DNA of 64,000 nt, taken from contig CM059431.1 in NCBI GenBank assembly GCA_030390025.1, forward strand, positions 110,796,001 through 110,860,000. Reading direction: 5' to 3'. Both the position numbers and the translations under genes were made by a program. This stretch comes from Squalus acanthias (Eukaryota). The notes under the pieces are model-generated. The model was not told where the DNA came from and searched no databases. It saw only the letters and a list, made by a program, of their open reading frames with translations. Below, piece after piece: positions 50,083-61,274 of this stretch (within the stretch, counting starts at the first letter, position 1; each line of letters opens with the position of its first letter).

Positions 50083-51242
50083 ATGGGGGCTGCACTGATT
50101 GGGGGCGTCGTCCTGCTCCAGCTGAATCGGAGGACACAGAGACGCAGAGAGAGAGTGGCAATGATGGCCAGACGGAGGAGGGCCAACAGGCATATGTACA
50201 GGAGAGCTTACCCTCCCAGGGTATATCGTGAACAGCTCTCCTACCTTCATATGTCTGAGGAGCTGTGTTTGCGAAGGCTGCGATTCAGCAAGGAGGTGGT
50301 CACTGAGCTCTGCCACCTGCTGCAGCCAGATCTGCAGCCTCAACTGAGGTCCAGGACGTCTCTGTCGGTGGCAGTGAAGGTCACAGTGGCTCTCAACTTC
50401 TACGCTACTGGCTCATTTCAAGCTGCTGCTGGGGACCTCGCCAATATCTCCCAGTTCGCGGTGCATTGCTGCATCCGGCAGGTCACAAATGCCCTCTTTA
50501 AAAGGAGATGAGAGTTCATCTCTTTCCCCATGACCCCAGACAAGCAGCGTGACCGCGCTCTGGGCTTTGCGAGGGTAGCGGGCTTCCTCATGGTGCAGGG
50601 CGCCATTGACTGCACGCATGTGGCTTTGCGTGCTCCGCATGAGAATGCCGAGGAATTCCGGAACAGAAAGGTGTTCCATTCCTTGAATGTTCAGTTGGTC
50701 TGTGACCACAGACAGCTGATACTCGCTGTCAATGCCCACTATCCTGGCAGCTGCCACGATGCTTTTATCCTGTGCCAGACTACTGTGGCAGAACTTTTCG
50801 AGGCACCGCATCAGCCAGTTGGTTGGCTTCTCGGGGACAAGGGGTATCATTGAGCACCTGGCTGATGACACCGCTCCGTACGCCCAACACCCCTGCTGAG
50901 CTGCAGTACAATGAGAGCCATCAAGCTACCAGGAACATAATTGAGCGCACAATCGGCGTGCTGAAGCAACGGTTCCGCTGCCTCGACCATTCTGGAGGAG
51001 CCCTGCAGTACTCGCCTGAGCGAGTATCCAACTTCGTAGTTGTGTGCTGCATGTTGCATAACATGGCAATCCTCAGGACCCAGCCAATGCCACCAGGCCT
51101 TGGAGCACCACCAGAGGAGGAGGAGGAAGAGGAGGAAGAGGACGAGGAGGATGATCATCAGCAGCACCAAGGCGGGAGGGCGGCCCACAATGGTGAAACT
51201 GCAAGGGCCGTCCGTCAACGACTAATAGCAAGCCGCTTCTAG
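50083..51242 (+). pseudogene. Harbinger (HARBI1-like) DDE transposase; nonsense codon at 50509, frameshift near 50848
   Basis: FYATGSFQ, GAIDCTH, YPGSCHDA, LGDKGY and IERTIGVLKQRFRCL motifs across ORFs 50014-50511, 50530-50853 and 50772-51242. Confidence 0.93.
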
Positions 51243-51554
51243 GGCCCCTGCTGTGGAAATGGCTTCTGCCATTGCTAACAACATCAATGAACCCAGCACG
51301 CAACCCCTAAGCCGGCCAAGGCACCAATAATTCCAACCACCAACCATGTATATTTTGAATACAGAAACTTATTTATTTTACAAACTCTGTGTGTGTCAAT
51401 TCCTCATGACAAACTCATAGAAATAAACACAAAAAAACAGTCAATAACATAACTGGTTCTCACAACCTGGAGATAATGTCCAAAACACTAAACAAAAGTT
51501 GGACCATGAACCTCGACCTTTAATAAAAAAATGACCAGCATTTTGTCACACCTC

Positions 51555-53320
51555 CTACTTTTTGCCCTTCGAGGGTGATCTCCTTCCCTTGCGCACTTCC
51601 CCCCTTCTAACCCTACTGCTCCTCCGTAATGGGACCTCAGTGGCTGCAGCAAGGCTGGTGGAAGGCTGCTGCTCGTCAGACCCTGACACTGCAGATGCCC
51701 CTGAAGGACGGCCTCGACCAGTTCTGGGCCTGGAGGGCCCAGCTGCAGACTGCACCAACTCTGCATGGGCGGCAGCAGTCTGTCCTACAGGCGGTGGCAA
51801 GTGCAGTGGAGAAGTGACAGTGTTGGCAGCAGGAATGCTGTCATCGTGAGAGAGGACAGCAACTCCCTGCTCGCCCGACACACTGGCACTCCCACGGGGC
51901 AGCACTTCAGCATCCGGAGCAATCTGCTGGAGAACAGATTGCTGGCCTGCTGCGGCGCGGTGACAGCCCCGGGGACATGTGAACGAACCATCGAGGTTGG
52001 CAGCAGTCAGTGCTCGCGTGGCCTCAATCTGAGTCTGCATGAGAGCAGTCAGAGATGGGATCACGGCAGCCAGTGACTGAATTGCAGCACTAAGCGTTAG
52101 TGTGGCATCCGCCTGTGCTACAGCGAAGTGCTCCACACTCCTTGCCAGTGACTCAATGCATTCGGGCACCCTTCCCACTGCACCCATGAGCTCAGTGTGC
52201 ATGCCCACCGCCTGGGTGTTCATTTCTGCGATCAGCCGCTCCTCCTCTGCGTCCATTGCAGTAGGAGTCTCTGGCATACTCTCCCTCTGGGGAGAAGGCC
52301 CCCGTTCTTCCCTACCCCAATGGCATTGCTGCAGCCCGCTGGGTCCTGGAGCTTCACCCTCATCAGACCCTTCCCCCCTGCTCCCCTCCAGGGAAGGCGT
52401 GTTCCCAGTGTGGGCATGGGCTTCCTCGGGAGAGGGTGGCACTGATGCTCCGGCTTCCTCTTCCTCCTCGGCTGCAGCTTCACTCCCACTGGCAGCTTCA
52501 GGGCCCGTCTCCTCAGCTGGTGAATCACCATCTGAAAGCAGGGAGGTACAAGAGTGGCTTTAGCGTGAGGACAGGGTGGCAGTAAGGGAGGAATAAGTGC
52601 AGCGAGTTAGCAAGTTGGATTGAAAGTGTCAAAGGCTGGTGTTGTGAGGGACAAGTGGAAGGACAGAGGACAAAAAGGTGATGACCTTACCATTGCTGTC
52701 CAGAACGGGGTCGGCGTCTCCAGTGGCGACGGGACCGATCACCCGGCTTGCCACAATCCTGTGGACGCGCTCCTCAAGATCGCTGAGGGGTTGCAGCTGA
52801 GGCCGCCCTCCACCTGTCCGTTGCTGCTGTCTCCGATTATGCGCCAGCTTGGCCTGTAAGAAAAAGGACAGCATCTGAGTAAATATACAGCCATGGTCTT
52901 GCCTGATGTGCCTCCCATAGGTGAATAGCCCTTACTGTATGCAAAGTGTGGAATGTGTGTGTGTGTTTCATGAAAGGGCCATAGGTGTTGGATGAGTGTT
53001 GTGCATTGGGGTTTTAAGACCCTCTGGCCATAGAGTGAGGTTGAGATGGAGGGATGGAGAGGTATTGAGAAAAAGCCACTCACCCTGACGACCCGAGTGA
53101 GGTCGTTGAACTTTTTGCGGCATTGAGTATGGGTCCTGGGCACCATGCTCCTGGAGGAGACGCTCTGAGCCACCTCCCTCCACACTCTTCTGAACTCGCA
53201 TGGCAAAGGCCTCCTGCCACTCTCAGGGAAGAGTATACATCTTCTGCGCTCCACCGCGCCAACCAGAGCATCCAAGGCCCGCTCGGTGAAGCGATGAGCT
53301 CGTTCTCTCACCCTCTCCAT
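51555..53320 (-). CDS. Harbinger Myb/SANT-like DNA-binding protein, 3 exons (53320-53084, 52853-52691, 52531-51555), ~458 aa
   Basis: RFTERALDALV..W..VA..QCRKKFNDL Myb/SANT motif. GT-AG introns with compatible phases (0, 1) and no stop in the spliced frame. Confidence 0.8.
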
Positions 53321-56300
53321 CCTTGGCAGCAAAATGGATTCACAGGTCTCTCCAGGCCGAGATTCAAGGCTGCAATGAGCAGGGTGTGGCTGGGGAGCAA
53401 GTTGGCCCCCCCCGCTTTAAGAAGTGGCCGGCGCCAGTGTGTCTGTGTTCCCTCGCTAACTGGCAGCAGCTGCGCTGCGCTCGCGCGCTGAGTTAGCGCC
53501 TCACTGCTCGGCCTTTGCGCCTTAAGACAGGTGTGCAGCACCTGATTTAGTGCTCCACTCACCTCCCGGGGCGGTAAAAGTGAAGTTTCCAGTCAGTGGC
53601 GATAATTAGCGCCAGGCGCTAATATTTGCGTCCAGACGATATTTGCGCCCCAAATGGGGCGCGACCTAATTTTTCCCCCTATGACTCTATGACTATGACT
53701 ATGAGTGTAAACTTGTGCTTGGTCTGACAACACAGTTCATCTTTGTTCTCCCCTTTGTGTCTCAGTAATAAATTAAATCAGTGTGGCAGTAACATGATGG
53801 TATCAATTGGGTGAGCATGGTCACTTGCTGCATAACTATATTCCATTGAGGGCTGGCGTTAAAACAACGCAACCTGTCTGATTATACAGGTCCCTGAGCC
53901 AGTCAGGGGCCCCAAGAGGATCCATTGATTAATTTAAGGATTGAGATAAATCAATCTGGACTTTACCACTGTAAGGGCCCCCAAACCAAACCTTTGCATG
54001 GGCAGATATCTGAGACTTGCGCACGATAGTACAATTGAGGGAGACCTCAGGAGTGAACCTGTTATATTAGAGCTCACTCATGAATCTAATCTTGAGATAT
54101 GTGTAATCCCTTATTTATTGAAGATATTTTAATGGGGAAGGCTCTAAGCAAAGCCATCACTTGCTCAAATTTATCAGTTAAAGAGCTGTTGAATTAAGTG
54201 GCCATAAAATGGAGCAAAATTACATTTTCTTCTGACATGAGAATGGAAGGATTGTTTAATGCAAAGATGGGAACCAATTTTCTTTTCAATTAATCAATGG
54301 TTTGCACATACTAGTCCAATCTAGCTATAGAAGATTCATGGCTAATTAACTGCACTTGCAATTTATGGAAAACAAACAATTTAATGATGACATTTCCTTT
54401 TACACATGGCCCGAATGTGACAGTTAACCCATTTAGCAATTTTTTTCCACAGAGAATATAGTTTCCTTCACAGTGCAATGACAAATGATCACTATATAAA
54501 TACAAGTTTTAAGTGTGGGAATTCTCCAGGAGGTATAAGGTGTACTTGCTGTGAGGCATATAAAAGACGAATCTGTGTTACTTACCAAATTGTCTTCTGA
54601 CACTACATATACTTGCGTGTTTACATATTCTCTACATATTCTATCAGTATGTAACGTATATTCGAATGTCTAAAAATCTTCTAATTTCTCTAAATCAGCT
54701 CCCATTGCAGATGTCGTTCTCCCCTTGTTCACTTGTTCCCTATGCATTTGGCACAATTCCAACTCTATTTGCCCTAAATTATAAGCTGATGGAGCCTTCC
54801 GTTACTTACCTCAATGCACATTTCCACTGTAGAGTTGACTGGCAACTGGGTTTGATGTTTATGCTTATTGCCGGGAGCTGTAGTCTTACTTCCATATCTT
54901 ATTAACTTGCAATAGTCAGGGAACCGTTAGCTCCTCTATGGATAGAGTTACCTGTAGCTAATCCAGCAGAAGCAGCTTTTGCCTGTTTATGGTCAGATGT
55001 CTAAGAAAATCATCAGCCATTAGTTTCTCTAGCTGGTAAAGTGTAATGCTTTGTTGCTATTTGCTCCCAGGAAATGTTAATGTTAAGTGTAAGATTACTG
55101 AGTTGCTTTGTACAGGATGACTCTTTTTTAAATTGAAGGGCTAGCAAATAAATTAGCAAATCTTCTGTGGCATTACTCACAGAGAGATACATTGTTTTAT
55201 AAAGGGAGGGTTATTATGTAATTCACCTGCTGTGCAAAGCTTACAAAATTGTATCAGTCTTCCTTGAGTGCATAATCTAGGCTGACACTCCAATCCAGTG
55301 CTGAAGGAGTGCTGCATTGTCAGAGGTGCTGTCCTTCAGATGACTCTGATTTGAACTGCCTGTTTCTCACTATTCAAATAGATGTTAGATATCCCACGGC
55401 ACGATTTGAAGTCGAGATGGGAGTTCTCCTGGTATCCTGGCCAATGTTGCTCCCTTAGCTAAACTCTCAAAAAAATAGATTAACTGGTCTCATTTCACCC
55501 TGAAAAGCACAATTGCCATGAAACAGGCGAAGGAGAAGAAGCAAACCTACCCTAAGCAATGGGAGAAGAGGATTCCAACGATCTACCATCTTATGACAGT
55601 CAGTGAATATGCAACATGCAGGTATCCTGTCTTGGCTGTGTGCTTACTGTTTATTCCTCGCCACATTTTATGGGGTACAAAGGAGATCCATTGAAATGAC
55701 AACAATACAGAGTTCCAGGCCAAAACATGGACAAGCCTGTAATATATGTTATAACACTCCAACAAGCTTGCAGTGCAATGCTGCTAAGATGCATTGTAGA
55801 ATTGAGCAAAATGTGAGCAGGCTTACCTTGACAACCTTTCTGAGACCAGTAAATGTCTTCCCTACCTGCTCCCAGGAACTGGTCACAGTTGAGATAGCAT
55901 TCATTGCTTCTGCTACTTTCATCCTGGTTACTTTTGTTCCCACATGCTATGACTAGGACCACCATTCTCTCCGGCACTTCTTATAGCAGGTTCTCCAAAG
56001 CTCCATCCTGCAAGGGTGCTATATAATGACCATGGTTTTGTTACCCATCGGTAACAGTACAGTTTTAGAATTAACAGCAGCCCTTTAAGAGCTGCTGGCA
56101 CTAGATAATTTTCTACTTTACTTCATGTGTGGTGTGCCTGGAGCACTGAGATATTTATGTAACTTGTGGTTCCAGCATAAGGTCAGCTCCTCGAACTCCA
56201 AGCCCATGTAGTGCCCAAAGAGCAGAACTACCAGTGCCAAAGCACTGGGATCGCATTATCGGCCCAATGCTTTACCAGGTTTAAGTAACGGAAACTTTAC

Positions 56301-57823
56301 TCAAGATAACCTGAGGCTGAGACACATTATGGGTTCATTTAAAGAGACTATTATTTCTGTGGTGAAAATATAGTAATTCAAGGAAACCTGGATTTCATTA
56401 ACTGAAGTCTGTCCACTTATCGCTGCCAACCAGCGAGTCTGTGTAAGTAAACAAAGTACAACTGGAACAGAGAGCAGCACGTGTTTTCCTGGTAGTCAAA
56501 CATTGTGTGCAAGTAAATAAAAGCCCGACTATTTCTGCTCATTGATCTAACACTTTGGTGATCTATTACTTTTTTAAAACAATAATAAAGCAGCAGGAAT
56601 CAACTAAGAAAAATCTCAGTCGAAGTAAAATGCCCAACAGTTGAAATTCCCAAACAGCAACTCACAAAACTATTTTTTTTAAAAAGTGTTTTGATCCAGT
56701 TATGGTTCCTGGAATTGCCTTGTCTCTGCGCTCAAGGGAATATCATCATCCTTGTTTTGATGTGCTTTGAGAAGTTAGAACATTTCTCAATGTGTATAAT
56801 TTATATTTTTTTCCACACGATTCCTCACCCCTAAAAGCAGGTAACCTGCAGTGATAACCAGAGCTTATGCTCGATAAATTTATTCTGTGTTTTTTTTATA
56901 TTTAGAATGTATATTTGTTTACAAAAGTGCTATATCTGTTCATGCTCATTATAGTCCTGCATTAATTTGATTATTTTAATTTTGCCTTACTTGGAGATTT
57001 CATTCCAAATAACAATTTCAAAACAGCATGCCATCAAAATGTCACACACCAGCACATAAGTACACAGCCAAGAGTATTTGAGCGATATAAGGTAGAAAGT
57101 AGGCCATTTCTGAGTATTATTACTAAAGTAACGCCAAAAGTACTATCCTTGGATTTTCTGGTTTTAAAGTTACTGTAAAAGATCACAGGGCAGCAGTTTC
57201 ATTGTGATTTGCGTACCACGGAGCAAACACTCTGACAGTTCGACTGGCCAGGATAACTAAATAACTCGACCCATTTTTTTTCTGCCGCTGTGTATACATT
57301 ACTCCGCTGCGAGACATGATCCTGCTGTCCCTGAACAGTGGCTGCAGACATACATTGTTGGGTTTATTTAAATTTAATATGGCAGAACTAACTCAAGAGG
57401 CCAGTGTTTTATTAATTGCTAGCATTGTGCTAAATTACAACAGTGACTACACTCCAAAAGTACTCCATTGGCTGTAAAGCGCTTTGAGACGTCTGGTGGT
57501 CGTGAAAGGCGCTATATAAATGCAAGTCTTTCTTTTCTTTAAACAACTGTGGGGGAGGGGTAAGGAGTTCCTGTGGTTGTGGCTCAACTCAATGGATCTT
57601 GGAAGGCATATCTTAAGTGTTTCATTCTTTTTCCTTTAAAGCATTTACCGTGTAGAGTGCATTGGTGCTATTTAGCTGTTGCTTATCCACAATTCTATTA
57701 ATCCTCCGACCTCCCTTCCATTTCTACGGGACTATCTCTATTTTTCTCAGGAATTAGCCATTGTATTCCCCCATGAGATGAACTGGATGTGTTGCTTGTC
57801 TTAGAAGGAATGTTTCCAATATC

Positions 57824-58512
57824 GGCCCAGAGGGGGGAGGGCTGCGATCTGGAAAAATCTGCGCCCTTACCTGAGGGCTCCCGGGAGGCGCACAGTTCCG
57901 ATGCTGGGCCTCTCCAAACTGCAAGTGCGCAGGGCCCACGTATCCCAGAAGCGCAGGTAGTTCGCAGCGTCCCTGGGATCACGTGGGCCATGGGGAGCCA
58001 ATCAGAGAAGGGCATCTCCCTTCATACATTTGACAGGAAGACCTGTCAAATATATGAATGGAGATCACCCCCAAAACATAGTAAAACTTCAAATAATTTT
58101 TTTTTTAAAATCACATTTTTAAAATGACTTGAAATTACATAAATTAACTATTTTAAACAAAAATTTAAATTTTTGAAAAAAATAATTAAAGTTTTTAACG
58201 GGGCTAAAAATAAACTTACCTTTCTTTAAAGTATTTTTAAATGATAAATCAGTGGAATTTTTTTTTTTTTACTTTTTTCAACTCTTATCCTGGTAAAAGC
58301 AGGCCTTACGCCTGCTTTTACCAGGCACAAGAATTGTAAGTGTTTTTTGCGGGCAGAGGGTCTCCAAAAAGCCGAACTATCCGCCCGCAGAGGCCCTTCT
58401 CCCGGGCAGCCGGAGGATCTGTCAAGAGCTTTCAGCGCATGCCTGAAACCGGCATTCCCTACAGGTGGGTACACAGCGCGTACCCACCCGTAGGGATCGG
58501 AATATCTGGCCC
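57824..58512. mobile_element. MITE related to 20463-21228
   Basis: GGCCCAGA / TCTGGCCC termini. Shares GGGATCACGTGGGCCA, TTTGACAGGAAG and AAATAAACTTACCTTTCTTTAAAGT blocks. Confidence 0.65.
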
Positions 58513-59139
58513 ATTGTTTTCTCCCAGGGTTTAAATCGCTCGAGGAATGCACTCTTGCATCTCATTGTTGCTTTCTTACCTTGACTTAAGTCCTTTTATT
58601 ATTTCTGATTTCCCTCTAACTCTAACCCTCCTGTAAGTTCATAAAAGGGTTCTTGCATGTTCTGCACTACTCGTAAGAGAAGTCTGTAAATTCCATAAGG
58701 CCGTTCTTCACTTGACAATTTTAGATTTGCTCAGCAGGGATTCTTGAGGTAGATGGGATGGTTCTTACCTGATTCATCAATTTGACATTCTCGGGGATAA
58801 TTTATTTTCTCCTGTTCGTCTTATCTGATTATTATCTGCCTAGCTGTGTCTATTATAAGCTCCCTTTTTACTGGATTGCAAGTTGAATCCTTCCATCTCT
58901 AGTATACTTTTATTTTTCCAATGCATCATAAGAATAAAGCAATCTGTAAATCAAGAAAAATCACGCTGAAAAGATTAACTTCAAGTAAACCCTGGTCAGG
59001 TACCATGCAGTAATGGCAATCAGTCCTCAACTAGTCCACATTTGAGGATTCATATTGACATTTCGAATGCAGTCCAGTAATGATCTACTGTTAGTAAGGA
59101 ATCTCCTACAGATGTCTAAGATCCGCTTCTCCAGCGTGA

Positions 59140-59510
59140 CTAAGGGCTTGACAGGGTAAATGCTGGGAGGCTGTTTCCCCCTGGCTGGGAAGTCTAGAAC
59201 CAGGGGGTCACAGTCTCAGAATAAAGGGTCGGCCATTTAGGACTGGGATGAGGAGAAATTTCTTCATTCAAAGGGTTGTGAATCTTTGGAATTCTCTACC
59301 CCAGAGGGCTGTGGATGCTCAGTCATTGAGTATATTCAAGACGGAGATCAATATATTTTTGGATACTAAGGGAATCAAGGGATATGGGGATAGTGCAGGA
59401 AGGTGGAGATGAGGTAGAAGTTCAGCCATGATCGCATTGAAAGGCGGAGCAGGCTTTAGGGACTGAATAGCCTACTCCTGCTCCTATTCTTTACGTTCTT
59501 ATGCTCTTAT
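59140..59510 (+). mobile_element. CR1 3' fragment
   Basis: Closely similar to 17200-17560. Confidence 0.85.
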
Positions 59511-61274
59511 CTGATTGTCACTGTCTTGGATTCACAGAATGTTTTGTTTGTTTTATTCCTGTGGTTGTTTTCCTGATGTGGATTTCTAAAGGTGCAGTTA
59601 TACTGTAACTGTTGGCCTCAAATCAATAGCTACATATCCATTTGCAGTTGTCACTAATCTGCTTATACTGCCTGACTGCAATTTGGACTGTTAGATGCTT
59701 GAGTAAGCTCTGCACATGCGTTGTTCCACACATACACAAAACTCAACACCCGGTTGCTTAGTTTTAGATGTTTTGAGAGTTGAGGCAGGAGCATGCATGT
59801 TTACAGTAGATCTAAATAAACTCTCGGTATGTTTATAAAAGTGGTCAGGAGGTCCAATGGACCTACCTGTGCACTTTGTAATCCCACACTGCGCAGCTGT
59901 CAAATTATGTTTGATAATACTCCTGTGAAGCGCCTTGGGACGTTTTACTACGTTAAAGGTGCTATATAAATGCAAGTTGTTGTTGTTGCTGTTGAGTTAA
60001 ACTCTGGTGCAATACCCAAGTGTTGTGAGACTGTCTCTTCCTGAGGGTCTCACAAAGTGCCCCTCAGGAGTTAGTCAAATCCAGCGCAATATTTGCATTG
60101 CAGCAAGGCGGAAATAAAGTTGTAATATAAACACACCCAAAGACTCTGTTCAAACTCATTTAATCTGAATGTTACTACGTTTACCAAGAACTTTATCTAT
60201 TGTGTACTTTTTTGCAAACTGAGAGAGGTTTCCTGTAGAAATTTCGTCACAGTTTTCAGTAAATGATATTTTAAGTTATTACATGGTAACGTCCTTGCCT
60301 CATGTGCACCCTCCACGTGTCTTTTGAACTGCACCTTTGTCAGGATGCCAAGCGGTATGAAATTATGTTTTCATTTTATAACCTTCGCACTTATTACTTT
60401 CATAGTTATTAGATGCTTTAATATCCAAACATATATTTCATTTTATAAAAGCAAAGGATAAAGGTTAATTGGCTTGTAATCGAACAATGGCACTGATGTT
60501 ATCTATGCTCAGGAGTAGAACTAATTCCATTGAATGACCACCTGTTAGGCACACATATCTGTTCAAGTTGCAACATCTCGCAAATGGGTAAAGAGCAAGT
60601 TGCACAGGGACCTTTCATCATAGCGAAAAAAGTACACAATAGATAGATTTCCTGATAAACACTGATTCGCATACATTAAGTACAAGCTAGTCTACTGAAG
60701 AGTAAATCTTGTAAGAACAAGTTTTATTTAAGGGAAGTTTATTCAGTGTGTAGCTTTTCCCTCATTCATTTCTACCAGACTGCTTTCTGTTAAACTAACG
60801 TAACCTTATACCCTTTCACCGTCACATTCTGTTTAATTAATCACTCATCAATTAACCACAGTTACATTACAAAAGAATACGTAATTATTGGCAAGGGTAT
60901 GGTGATAAGCAATCTTTCTTATATAGTTCAGATATATCTATATATTTTAATAATTATGCAAATTTAATTTGTTTTTGTAAATGCACTGGGCCATTTGCTA
61001 CCAACTAGAATCATTAATCCCCACAAAATCATTAGTAAAAGTGGAAAGGGGAGTATTTAATAATAAAGATTTCAGACAAAGATATACTTTTAATTAGAAA
61101 ATTCTAATTGCCATTGATTGAATGCTTTTCATTGAAGATAATTATACTTTCATATGTCCCAATGCACTGTGTGATTGCTGAGAAACATCAGTTAGTGTCA
61201 GCCACAGTGATACTACATTTCTCAACCAGCCATAAGGCAACTGATTCCCATGTGTAATATGTGCCCCTGAATTT

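Larger units (their letters stand above)
49571..53679 (+). mobile_element. Full-length PIF/Harbinger transposon (4109 bp), two convergent genes
   Basis: TIRs GGGGTAAAAATT / AATTTTTCCCCC, TAT TSD. Inserted into the (CTATGA)n tail of a CR1. Encodes a transposase and a Myb/SANT protein. Confidence 0.95.

Noticed and set aside
50083..51242. Host HARBI1 gene
   Set aside because: It is flanked by TIRs and a TSD, paired with a Myb gene and disrupted, so it is a transposon copy.
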